Source: the human T2T-CHM13v2.0 reference genome, Homo sapiens. Taken from it: DNA of 64,000 nt. Below, one piece after another: positions 27,201 to 40,127 of this stretch. The stretch is from the NCBI RefSeq assembly GCF_009914755.1, contig NC_060931.1; one strand, 5' to 3'. The notes under the pieces were generated by a model. That model ran no database searches, was not told the origin of the DNA, and saw only the letters and a program-made list of their open reading frames with translations. A program made the position numbers and the translations under genes. Numbering within the stretch: the first letter of the stretch is position 1; every line of letters starts with the position of its first letter.

Positions 27201-29970
27201 TCATAGCATTAAATTCCTTCATCAAAGAGTATTAAAAAGCACAAATGGGCAATCTAAGGTCACATCACACAGAACTTGAGAAACAAGAACAAACCAAACC
27301 CCAAACCAGCAGAAGAAAAGAAATGAAGATCAGAGAAGACCTAAATGAAATTGAAACAAACAAAAATATAAAAGATAAATGAAACAAAAAGCTGGTTATT
27401 TGAAAAGATAAATAAAATTGATAGACCATTAATGAGATTAACCAAGAAAAGAAGAAAGAAGAACCAAATAAGCTTAATTAGAAATGAAACAGGAGATATT
27501 ACAACTGATACCACAGAAATACAAAAGATTATTCAAGGCTACTATGAACACCTTTACATGCATACTCTAGGAAACTTAGAGAAGATGGATAAATTCTTGG
27601 AAATATACAACCCTCCTAGATTAAACCAGGAAGATATAGAAGCTCTGAACAGACCAATAGCAAGCAGTGATATTGAAATGGTAATTTTTAAAATTGCCAA
27701 TACAAATAGTCCAGGACCAGACAGATTCACAGCTGAATTCTATCAGACATTCAATGAAGAATTGGTACCCATCCTACTGACACTATTCCAAAAGATAAAG
27801 AGGGAATCCTCCCTTAATCATTCTATGAAGTCAATATCACCCTAATACCAAAACCAGGGAAGGACATAACCAAAAAATAAAACTACAGGCCAATATCCCT
27901 GATGAACACAGATGCAAAAATCCTCAACATAATACAAGCAAACTGAATCCAACAGCATAACAAAAAGATAGTCCACCATGTCAAGTGGGTTTCATACCAG
28001 GGATGCAGGGATAGTTTAACATATCCAAGTCAATAAATGTGATAGATGACATAAGAGGAATTAAAAACAAAAATCACATGATCATCTCCATAGACGCAGG
28101 AAAAACATTTGACAAAATCCACCATCTCTTTATGATTAAAACCCTCAGCAAAATCAGCATAGAAGGAACATACCTTAAGGTAATAAAAGCCATCTACTAC
28201 AAACCCATAGCCAACACACTACTGAATGGGAAAAAATGAAAAGCATTCCCCCTGAGAACTGGCACAAGACAAGGATGCCCATTTTCACCACTTCTATTGA
28301 ACATAGTACTGGAAGCCCTAACCAGAGCAATCAGACAAGAAAAACAAATAAAGGGCATCCACATCAGTAAAGAGGAAGTCAAAATGTTAGTGTTTGTTGA
28401 TGGTAAGATCGTATACCTAGAAAACTCTAAAGACTCATCCAAAAAGCTCCTAGAACTAATAAATGGATTCGGTGATGTTTCAGGATACAAAACTCATGTA
28501 CACAAATCAGTATTTCTCCTATATACCAACAGTGACCAAGCTGAGAATCAAATCAATAACTCAACCCCTTTTATAACAGCTGTAAAGAAAATAAAACACT
28601 TAGAAATATACCTAACCAAGAACTTGAAAGACCTCTACAAGGAAAACTACAAAACACTGCTGAAAGAAATCATGGATGACATAAACAAATGGAAACACAT
28701 CCCAGATGCATGAATGGGTAGAATCAATATTGTGAAAATGACCATACTGTCAAAATCAATGTACAAACTCAATGTAATTCTCATCAAAATACCATCAGCA
28801 TTCTTCACAGAACTAGAAAAAGGAATCCTAAAATTCATACAGAACCTAAAAAGAGCCTGCATAAGCAAAGCAAGACTAAGCAGAAAGAACAAAACTGGAG
28901 GCATCACATTACCCGACTTCAAAAGGTACTACAAGGCCATACTCACCAAAACAGCATGGTACTGGTTTAAAAATAGGCACATAGACCAATGGAACAGAAT
29001 AGAAAACCTGGAAATAAAGCCAAATACTTACAACCAACTGATCTTCAGCAAAGCAAACAAAAACATAAAGTGAAGAAATGACATCCTATTCAACAAACCG
29101 TGCTGGGATAATTGGCAAGCCACATTAGAAGAATGAAACTAGATCCTCATCTCTCACATTATAAAAAAATTAACTCAAGATGGATCAAGGACTTAAATCC
29201 AAGATCTGAAACCACAAAAATTCTAGACATTGGGAAAACCCTTCTAGACATTGGCTTAGGCAAAGACTTCATGACCAAGAACCCAAAAGCAAATGCAACA
29301 AAAAGATAAATAGATGGGACTTAATTAAACTAAAAAGCTTCTGCACAGCAAAAGAAATAATCAGCAGAGTGAAAAGACAACCCACAGAGTGGGAGAAAAT
29401 CTTTACAATGTATGCACCAGAAAAAGGACTAATATCCAGAATCTACAAAGAACTCTAACAAATCGATGAGAAGAAAAAACAAAAAACAACAACAACAAAA
29501 AACATTCCCATCAAAAAGTGGGATAAGGACATGAATAGATAATTCTCAAAACAAGATATACAAATGGCCAAGAAGCATATGGAAAATTGCTCAACATCAC
29601 TAATTATCAGGGAAATGCAAATCAAAACCACAATGCAGTGCCACATTACTCCTGCAAGAATGGCCATATCAAAAAATCAAAAAATAATAGATGTTGGCAT
29701 GGATGTGGTGAAAAGGGAACACTTAACTGTTGATGGGAATGTAAACCAGCACAACCTCTATGAAAAACAGTGTGGAGATTCCTTAAAGAACTAAAAGTAT
29801 ATCTATCATTTGATCCAGCAATCCTACTGCTAGGTATCTGGCCAGATGAAAAGATGCCATTACATGAAAAAGATACTTGCACACGCATGTTTATAGCAGC
29901 ACAATTTGCAATTGCAAAAATATGGAAGAAGCCCAAATCCCCATCAATCAACGAGTGGATAAAGAAAATG

Positions 29971-30015
<45 letters not shown>

Positions 30016-30313
30016 AATATAAAATGGAATACTACTCAGCCATAAAAATGAATGAAATAATGTCATTCACAGCAAAGGTACTGGAGATTATTCTAAGTGA
30101 AGTACCTCCGGAATAGAATACCAAACATCATATGTTCTCACTCGTAAGTGGGAGATAAGCTATGAGGACACAAATGCATAAGAATTATACATTGGACTTT
30201 GGGAACTCTGGGGAAAAGGTGGGAGGGGGTGAGGGATAAAAGACTACCCACTGGGTACAGTGTACACTGCTAGGGTGATGGGTGCACCAAAATCTCAGAA
30301 ATAAAAAAAAAAT
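24239..30313 (+). mobile_element. Full-length L1PB1-type LINE-1 (L1PBa 5' UTR), ORF1 and ORF2 disrupted
   Basis: 5' aagatggcggac (YY1-like); ORF1 pieces 25313-26046; ORF2 EN piece 26603-27235 (GDFNTPL, FSKIDH), RT pieces 28039-29073 (FVDG in place of FADD); TSD aagtccatctca (24227-24238 / 30314-30325) at a TTTT/AAAA site. Confidence 0.96.
29973..30012. repeat. (GT)20 microsatellite
   Basis: Uninterrupted GT run in L1PB1. Confidence 0.97.
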
Positions 30314-30419
30314 AAGTCCATCTCATTATCTTCCCACAAAGAAATATTATGATCACAATGTACCAAACACCAAAAACATAAATCTCAGGGATTTTCCTCA
30401 ACTATATGAACTTCTTCAG

Positions 30420-31170
30420 CTGTCCGTATCAAATCCTCTGCAATCTATCTCAGCAATCTCCTTTAAATCAGCCCTACTCTTCTCTATGACCACTGCCCTG
30501 CCTTAGTTAAGTAGGTCATGGTTTATTGTGTAAAAAGTTACAGCAGCTTTCCAGCAAGAGCTGCCGCTGGTAACTGCTCTCTCCAAATCAGCAACCCACT
30601 GCCTACACACTCGTCTTCCTAAAGCATGTGCTCTTATTGGTACTCCAAAGTTCCCACTATAGCTCTCAGAATTAAGCCCAAATTCTTTAGCACAGATATG
30701 AGGTATTTTTCAACCTGACTCCACACAATGTATTAGCCCAATATACCAGCAACTTTCAAACCAACACTTTATACTCAAAGTAATCTTTTAAGCAACTTAA
30801 TTTGTAGCTTTTCGAACACTGTATGCTCTTTATACCTTGGTAACTTCAAATGATACATCCCTTCATCTTGCGCCTTTCTTGCTTGATTAATGTTTACCTC
30901 TCAAGACACACTTTTAAATGCTACCTCTTCTATGCAATCTTCCAGGAGGTCCTTCATGTATATGTATTTAGTGGATCCTTTCTTCTGCTCAGGAAGAATT
31001 TTACTTATATCTTTAGTATGGTACTGAGCACTATTGTATTGCTATTCGTTTATACATCTGTCTCCCAAGAGACTGTGAACTTAGTGATGATAACTTTATT
31101 CATCTTTGAATTTCCAACCCACCTATTACAACGCTTCTTATATTAGGAAATGCTTATTCGATATTTATAA
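30420..31170 (+). mobile_element. L2 LINE relic
   Basis: cagaattaagcccaaattctttagc...catctgtctcccaagagactgtgaac...ttcatctttgaatttcc. Confidence 0.65.
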
Positions 31171-32678
31171 AATTATGTAATGTATGCAAAAGTAATAAAT
31201 GTGTGTACATACGTATCTGCTACAGGGTGAATGAGGACATTTAGCACTGAAAAGCAAATTCTCCCAGTGCCTGCCTCACTCCCAAATTCACTACTGCATC
31301 CAAATTTAGCATAACATATCAGAGATAGGAGGACCTTTTCCTAGATTAACTTGATAAACTACACTGAAACGATGGTATCTAAGAGCTCTTAAAATTCCAA
31401 ATTATGCCTAAATATATTCTAACTCACCAGAACTATTTTGCCAATATTGTGTATTAACAAATCATTTGTTAGCAAAAATGAAAAAGTGCTTTCTGTTAGT
31501 CATAAAAACATGAGTATCTTCATTTAAAATTTAGTGTACCACTATGATCTAAAATAAAGAAACTATGCTAAATTAAACACTGTTCATCGAGAAATGTAAA
31601 AGCTAAATTTGTAGACTCATTGATTTATTATACAGAATCTATGATTTTCCAACAATATGCTCATATGAATTTGTGATAATGCCATAATTTTTTTTGGCAA
31701 ACATTAGGTGTTTAGCAGATTCATCCTGTCTAATTAGTAGAGATTTCATTATTATGTACATATGTATGTATAGCACCTACAACAAGGCTCTATTTAAATG
31801 TTTCTAGACCGTCTCATCAGCCACACTGTTTATCAATCCTGTTCAATGCATTTTAATAGATGTTTTATTTAATTGGAATCACAAAACTAAATCTCCAACT
31901 CAGTCTATCTCCTGTAATACTTTACTGTAATTTGTCTTCAAAGCTCTAGAAAAATTCAATTGAAACATCAACAATAAATATATGGCATAGATACCAAGAT
32001 ACGTTATGCTTTTAATAAAGATAATGAAATAAATAGCTAAAAATATGTAAGACTTTTAGTAAAATTCTAGTTTAAAATGATAATTTTAAGTACTACGAAA
32101 ATATTTAAAATTCTAAATAATAACTATCAGATGCATTAATTAGTATTTGACTATAAGTGCACAATGTGTCTAATCTCTAAAATTAAAATAGGTGTAACAT
32201 GATGATGGAAATTAATAATTACAAGGCTAACTTCTTCTAAAGATTTTGGAGTGACTAGTGAAAAAAATATTTTGTAAGTATCCAAGTGAAAAAATAAAAT
32301 TTACCATGCCTTACATAAGAACCAAACAAAAATAACAAAGCATAAATCTAAAAAAAAATTTGTATATTTTGTGCATGACAATACAAATTCAGCTTATTAA
32401 ATTAGAATAATTCAGAACACTTATCTTAGAAATATGTTAGGAATTTCTCACTTTTTCTCCTATTGTGATCATCAAGTAAATAAAGGGAATCAAAAGTTTC
32501 ACAAACTATATAATTCAAAATTATAAGAAAAACTACACAGTCACACACTTGGAGTGACAAAACTCTTGATGTCTTTACACGTCCTGGGTCAATAATTCAA
32601 CTTTATTTAAAATAATACAAAGAATATAAACCTTCTCACCATGGTCTTAAATGTCATTCAAATGGGAAATATACATAC

Positions 32679-32740
32679 CTGCCCACACCAACCATATTCC
32701 AGCATTGTAGAGTTGGAGAATATAAGGCTTTTTCAAGATT
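32679..32740 (-). other. Candidate exon Y (62 nt, phase 0 to 2)
   Basis: cactaatatttag|aatcttg ... gggcag|gtatgt; open frame NLEKALYSPTLQCWNMVGVG. Confidence 0.35.
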
Positions 32741-32830
32741 CTAAATATTAGTGTAAAAGCTGTTGATTCATTCAGAAGAAATCTGCTATTCTCCTTCTTC
32801 AAAGAGTGGTTACCAACTACAAGTTCTTAC

Positions 32831-32892
32831 TTGGCCATCAATACTGCCACAATCCAAGCTTTGTTGTAATGTTGTACTCTTACAGCTAAAAC
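32831..32892 (-). other. Candidate exon X (62 nt, phase 1 to 0)
   Basis: tatcaacag|gttttag ... ggccaa|gtaaga; 90-nt intron to exon Y; open frame GFSCKSTTLQQSLDCGSIDGQ; weak polypyrimidine tract. Confidence 0.3.
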
Positions 32893-33869
32893 CTGTTGAT
32901 AATGAACCTGAACCCATTATTTTGAGTCAATGAATTGAAAGAAATAGGGCAAAGAATGAAAGCCACAGGGCCAATTACGAACATTCTTTGATGTATTACT
33001 TGCTAGCACCCACCATATCACTTTGTGTCTTTGTCTTGATCCCCTCTGTTACTCATTAATTATTCTGGAAGGGTTAAAGTTCAGAGAGCTAATTGCACAA
33101 ACCGTCTTTCTTGGTAGGGATTCTCCTACTCTGACACTTTCCCCAACTGTGCCCAGCCACCTTGTATTATGCCAATTAACCCAATTCTTGGCATTTTTGC
33201 TTGGCCTTCCAGCATCTTTTCAAGCTTTGCCTAAAATATTTTCACTAGTTTGCCTACAGAATAAACCAACACAACTTTAAGGTTTTATTCGAATTTATTT
33301 CATGATATAATCTTTCCTAAACTCCTAATAGTACAACTAACTTTATTCTGCACTAATTATATCATAAACACAACTTTATAACAAATAAAAATATTTTAAC
33401 TAGCTAGTTGCTGAAGACTTACAATACTAAATTATTCATTCTACCTTTCTACACTGAGTCCGAGCTCGTTCTAATAAAAATGACTTTTTCCACATTTGTT
33501 AGCCAAGATCTGAACAGAAAAGATGCAATTTTTATATGGCACATTGGGTAGATTTTCATAATTTATAGACTAACTCCAATATTACCAGGATATTTATGAG
33601 GCTACATAGTTTCTGAAAAGTTTCTAATATTTGATTATTATTAGAATTCTGAAATAAAATTTGAAAAATAAATAATCATGTACTGTAATGCTTCCTGGGA
33701 TATGTCACATCATCCCTTATTTTTCTATGTTTTTCAAAATCTTTTAAAAATCCTTTGTTTTTCTATGTATTTCAGTTTCAGTGGTATCCAGTAATTGTTT
33801 GAAGGCATCTTTTTCAGAGGTAGGCACTAATTAATAACTATGTTTATTTTCAGTTATTGCAGTTATATT

Positions 33870-34290
33870 TGTATCAATTAGTAATTTTTGAGCAACTACT
33901 GTATATCACACATTTGCTGGCTGCTGTGACTAACGTGTGCATTTATCAACTTCGGGCTAATGGAGATGTCAGAAGACCAACATATAAATAAACACAATAT
34001 AAGTACTTAGGAACAGGAGATAGCTTGAAGAAAGAGAAAACGTATAGGACCATCAACTTAAAGAATAAAAAGGAGCCAGTCATGCAAAGAGCAGGGCAGA
34101 AGGAACAGCATATGCAAAGTCTTATTAGAAGTAAGCTTGCTGGGCTTGAGGAGCTGAATTAAGGCCAGTTTGCAATCTAGTGAAAGGCAGACAAATGGCT
34201 TGGGACTAGATTAGAAAGATAGATAGAAACCAGATCATGCAGAATGTTTTAGACTATGAAAAGGAGTTATATTTTATTTAAGGAACAATG
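33870..34290 (-). mobile_element. L2 relic
   Basis: aggagccagtcatgcaaagagc...gaaggaacagcatatgcaaag...ccagatcatgcag. Confidence 0.7.
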
Positions 34291-37039
34291 CATCTGATGT
34301 GATTGATTTTTGTACTACTGAGAATGTGTCAAAGAGTTTTTAAACCAAGAGAGAAGTGAAGCGGGGATCAGCTTTTAAATAGAAATCCCATAAATCTTAT
34401 CATCTTTTTCTATGGTAGAGAGAGTTCTTTGCACATACCCATAAAACTTCGCTTAAAATGAAATTTATAGAACGGGTTTGACCAAATGGATTGTATTTGT
34501 TAATTTCCATTAAACAGATACTAAAATCCCATACTCCACAAAGCAACTGTGTCAAAAGAACATGCCAATAAATTCATGGCTTGGATGAAAATATGTTTAA
34601 AAGTCCAAAGTATAAAATTATTGAATAAGATTTTTTAAGTTTGTTTATAGATTTCATTAAATGTCACAAGAATAAAATGAGTCCAAAATGAAGCTAAAAT
34701 GAAATTATTACCTCCACTGAGGTCAGAGCAATCAGTCAGCTAAAGTTACATAGATTTCACCTTTAGCTGGAACTGTGTGTAAAATGTATTTGGTTAATTC
34801 ATTCACAGTGTTATCCATGACAGAACTTTTCAGATTGACCTTTTGATAAAGCTAACACAAAAATAACCAACCATGATTCCAAAGTTATTAAATGTATCCT
34901 TTTAACCTCTCTTTCATAAGATTCTCTAACATTAACATTAGGGTGGCAAAAAATAGTTCCATGAATTAATTGACTCTTACATAACCACTGTAAAATATAT
35001 CTTTCAGAGCCTGTGGTTGTCTATTCCTCATTTTTAGAATGCCATTTATTCTTTTTTTAATTTAATTTCTTTCACACATGATTTATTGAGATATTAAGCT
35101 ACTTTTCCTAATGAAAATTAAAGGTAAATGATAATTTTTAAAAAGTATTTTCATTCTAATGATTTCCCTCAACTCAAATTTACATATTCGAAATAAAGAG
35201 GGGCACTTTAGATTGATGCTTAGCCTCCCAGAATTCACTCCAATCCCCTTCCTCTTCCCACACCCAGTTTGTCAAACTAAATATTCATCCCTGTCTGTTT
35301 CCAGTTAGTCAATAATGAACACTTTCTTAAAATAATACCATATTTAGGACCAAAGAATGTGAGAAAAGCCAACTCCAAATAACCATTCAATTGTTCTTAT
35401 CCTCATTATCAACTGTGCAATTGAGTTACAATTTAATGTTTGATGCATACATGTGTGGCATAAAGATCAAATCAGGATATTTAGGTGTGTGAGGTGTGAC
35501 CACGAGTGATGAGGTGATGGATATGCTAAATTTATTATTTTAGGATATCGAATGCTTCTTTATGAGTACCCCCCCACTGTTTTCCAAGCTGTAATGCTAT
35601 AAGACACCACATTTACCCCCACTGAATTGTTAGCAAATGCAAAGTGACAATATGAATACTTGGAGTTGGATCTTACCTCCAGGGATCAGATTCTAAAAGA
35701 ATGGTAACTCAGCACTTGACAGGAAAGAGAGAAAGCAGAATATTCTGCCAAGTCATGATTTAAAACTCTTTTCCACTATTTGTAAACTACTAGTAAACAG
35801 CTTATACTTAAATAGAATGGAAATTGTATAATTATGCAATTTCTACTCCCACATATGTTTTTACATTTTCTACGAGATTATTCTTTCAACATATTCCCTA
35901 CTGGAACTATGGATGTGATAGTTCTAAATCCAGCAAATGTTGTAAAATAAGTGAAGTGACATCATTAGCGCAGCAGCACAATAATGGAGTTATTTTCCAC
36001 TGGTAAAATTCATTATCTCTGTGGCTTAGTCTCCCACAATTTAAACCATTACAAGGAATTTCATGGCAAAACTGTTCGGTGCATGAATTACAATTGATTA
36101 GAGATCAGGGGAGGGACAACATCTCAGCCAATGTTAAAAACTTCCAACTAAGCCTAAATGCCACACCCTGGGATGCAGAATTTTACCCCAATGAAACTGG
36201 GCTTAAAATACATTTATTTGGAATAAACTATATAAAAAACTCTTAAATATTTTACTAGAGCATTTCATATATTAAATGAAGTGCTTTGTCTTCTAAGGGA
36301 CTGTTACAGGTGAAAATTAAGAAATAAAAATTATCACATTTAATATTTAGGCCCTTCAAAATATACATTTTATTAAAATAGAATGTCTAGGATACTGAGA
36401 ATATTGTCCAGTGTTGCCTATATTATGTCTATTCTACTCTCCATATCTAAACAGAAAATGTGTGTAATAGACAACCACTGTTTCATAATCCTTTACTACT
36501 TCTCCAAAATGCACAGGCTTTCACCCATAAGCTGTTAAGATTACTCACAAACTGAACTTCAAATATTATAAATCCTTTTCTACAAATTCTGTACTCAGCT
36601 AATTAAAGTGCTACATTCCATTGTTCATTGTTTTAACATCACCTTTGCCAGGCTAGCAATGGTTTCAGGGATAAGGGAGATGGAAGGTATCTTTGAGAAC
36701 AATTTAAATTCTTTCCCAATAGGAGAAAGAAAGAAAAAAACCTACTATTAATGAAAAAGGAAAAATTTCCAACTTGTAATTAAATAGCTCCAGCAACAGG
36801 GATCTCAAACCCATTCTGTTGTTGCATTAATGTCAGAGCCAAAAGGCTTACTTTTAATCTAAAACTGTAGACTACCACATTCTAACTCCTACATGTTAAC
36901 TTCTGTTAGTAATTCTTCCTTCTGGAATAATGTGAAATAGTATTATTCTTGCCATATAACAATCTTTCAGAAAATACTTGTTATCACAATTCCCTGTAAG
37001 TCCATCTCTGAGATAAATATACAGCATACTCCTTCAACA

Positions 37040-37420
37040 TTCTTTATAGGACTTTGCTGTCATGATTCTCATGATCTCTCCTGTTACACCTACTATTTCC
37101 TGTGCCTAGAGTACTTTTTCCTTGCCCCCTACTACTCCAGTCTTTTCTCATTCATCAGCCTAGGGGATAACTTGCTTGGGGAAGCATTCTCTAACCTTCT
37201 CAAAGAGTGGATTGGACAACCACCCATCCCCACTCCTCGTTACTATAGAACTCTGTGCTGACCCCTACTGCAGAACTTTTCATTATTTACTGTAATTCTC
37301 TTTTCATTGTCTTTCCAATTAGACTGTCAACTCTCTGATAAGAGGAACTGCCTTAATCACTGACACGTCTCTAAAACTGAGTACATGGTAGTAGTCGGCT
37401 AAATATTTGCGATAATTAGA
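37040..37420 (+). mobile_element. L2 3' relic
   Basis: ttagactgtcaactctctg...acatggtagtagtcggctaaatatttg. Confidence 0.6.
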
Positions 37421-37439
37421 AAATCAAAGAATGAGACAG

Positions 37440-37610
37440 GATGGTGACCATCTGTGTTCCTCAGTTTCTTTATACATAAACTGGGAATGAAAACAGTATT
37501 CACCTCTCAGGGTGGTTGTATTGGTCAATTGAGTCAATATATTTTTTAAAAAACCTATTTAAAAAGCATCTAGCAGATAAGAAGGTTTTTTAAATCTTAG
37601 TCATTATTTT
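37440..37610 (+). mobile_element. MIR
   Basis: cctcagtttctttatacataaactgggaatg...cacctctcagggtggttgt. Confidence 0.7.
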
Positions 37611-38979
37611 TTATGATTAAAACTCATCTCTTTTTTATATAAGCTAATGTTAAATTATGTCTACCCATTTTTGTACTTATGATTAGGTTTTTTAACATAA
37701 ATGAGAAGCTTAACATTCACATTTGTTCCTTTTCATCTTAATTCTTCCTGATAACTGAAATATATATGTACTTAATATTATCATCTAAGTTATATATAAT
37801 ATACCCGCAGAGCACACACATACACATAAACACACACACACATATATACACAGATGTGGGCAGAGAGGGAAGGAAAAATGAGACAGACAGGGAAATTTAC
37901 TGAGTGAGTACAAGGACTATGGACACAATTGACCTTGGGTTCAAGACTCAGTTCATGAACTTTATGCAAACTTGGACAAGTTGCTTACTCCCTCCTATTA
38001 TTAATCTCCTTGTGTATGGAGGTTCACCCAACCATCAATTCACTACAGTCCATTATCACCATGCCACTGTTTCATTATTACTTAGCATGTACTTGTTTAA
38101 ATCTATAGCAACTAGAAGTAATCTCAATCCTCTGAACCTGTACCTACTCCATACTGTTTATCACAGAAAAGCATAGAATATATCTGATTATATAGAATAG
38201 TGAGTATCATATGTCAGCTTGAAAATATGGTCCATAAAAGGTAGCAAAGAACCTTGGAAAAATAGGAAGTGTATAGATTATTTAAGGAACACAAGGATGA
38301 ATAAAGTACACTTAATTGGAAGAGTAGCCAATGAAAGATTTTTAGTGGAAGAATGACAAAATTGGAGATCTACCTCAGGAGTGTAATGTGTCACATTGTG
38401 AAAGATGATTGGAAGAGGCTGACTCTTGACCAGGAGACCATTAAAAAGTTTTTGTATTGGCCGGAACAAGAGGTTTACCAAGAGTGCTTGCCAAATGACT
38501 AAGTATAAATCACTGCCATTGGCATAGATGGGAATTCAATCATGAAATATGCACTGGTCTTACAGGCTAGAAACACATAAGCAAGTGAACTTAAGAATGT
38601 AAGTATATATATGTATATATAAAACCTCTCATATAAGGCAGCTTGCTTCCACCCAAAATATAAATTCAACTGATGATTTAGAAGATGAGATATTAATTCC
38701 CACTGAGGGTGCAAAAGACAAAGGAAAGTATCTCTGGAGAAATACTATTGAAACTGGGCTTTGAGGACAGGTAAATGTTAATTAACCACTAGCTATGGGG
38801 GAAGGATGCACATGAATAAAAACGTATGGAAATTCTGGTTTTGAAACAAAGAAGTCAACTTTTTTTCTCTGTCCATCTAGCCAGTATCCCTGGAACTTCC
38901 CTTCTGTCCAAAGGCCCAGGGTGTCAAGGTTTGGATCACATAAATTCTGTCTTCTGGGAAGAGATGCCTAACCTCACAG

Positions 38980-39520
38980 TGAGGCAGAAGAAAGGGTCTG
39001 AAGGCAGGGGACCTAAGGCCATTTCACACTGACTTCCTAGAATGGAATTGAAAGGAAAACCCTAACTTTCCATGCCTAAGTAACAAAAGGACAAGAGACT
39101 ACCTTTGCAAATCCCCACGTTTTTCTGCCCAGCAGATGAGAAATTGAAAGTACTTCTGATTGGTTGATTTTTGCAACCAATTAGACGTTTGCATAGGAGT
39201 GTGACCTTTGTAACTTCACTTCAGCCTCTGGTTGGTTTCTTTCTGCAACCAATTAGACTGATTGCGGGCCACCAATTCATTTACATGAGGTGAGCACCAA
39301 GTGGCCCATGGGAAATCTCTAGGGGGCATTTGGACCTGAGAAGATTCTGTATCTGGGCCCTTGAGCTCCTATGCTCGGCCTGCTCCCACACTGTGGAGTG
39401 TACTTTCATTTTCAGTAAATCTCTGCTTTTGTTACTTCATTCTTTCCTTGCTTTGTTTGTGCATTTTGTCCAATTCTTCATTCGAGACGCCAAGAACCCG
39501 GACACCCTCCACTGGTAACA
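38980..39520 (+). mobile_element. MER51B-type ERV1 solo LTR
   Basis: tgaggcag...ggtaaca termini; paired ctgattggtt/aaccaat blocks; gacgccaagaacccggacaccctccactggtaaca end. Confidence 0.9.
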
Positions 39521-39787
39521 AGAGGACCTACAGTATGGCTTCTCCCAGATGTGTCAAACTATCACACAGACTGGCAACTGCTCTCCAAAATGAGGTCCCG
39601 TCACTTAGGTGAAAGTAGAAAATACTAGAATGGTTACCACTTCTTTTTTTCCTAAAACTAAAATATAAGATTATATTTTATCTGAAAATATATTAGTTCA
39701 AGGTTGAAGTAAAAATTTTACAATCTAATAAGACATAGATACTTTGCACGTGCTCAAAAATGTTTACCGATAGAGTTATGTGATGGT

Positions 39788-40127
39788 AAAAAATGAGTTC
39801 ATGTCCTTTGCAGGGACATGAATGAAGCTGTAAACCATTATTCTCAACAAACTAACACAGGAACAGAAAACCAAACACCACATGTTGTCACTCATAAGTT
39901 GGAGTTGAACAATGAGAACATAGGGCACAGGGAGGGGAACATCACACACCAGGGCCTGTCGGGGGTGGGGGGCAAGGGGAGGGATAGCATCAGGAGAAGT
40001 ACCTAATGTAGATGACAGGTTGATGGGTGCAGCAAACCATCATGGCACATGTGTACCTATGTAACAAACCTGCACGTTCTGCGCATGTATCCCAGAACTT
40101 AAGTATAATAAAAAAAGGAAAAAAAAA
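39788..40127 (+). mobile_element. L1PA7 3' end
   Basis: aaactaacacaggaacagaaaacc...cctaatgtagatgacaggttgatgggtgcagcaaacc plus poly(A). Confidence 0.9.

Noticed and set aside
25313-29973. Run of ORFs with endonuclease and RT motifs as an active retroelement or novel RT system
   Set aside because: Fragments of one L1PB1 with many stops and frameshifts and mutated catalytic motifs (SDH to SGC, FADD to FVDG).
35385-35531. Small L1MA-like fragment with a possible inverted piece
   Set aside because: Too short and diverged, and no TSD found.
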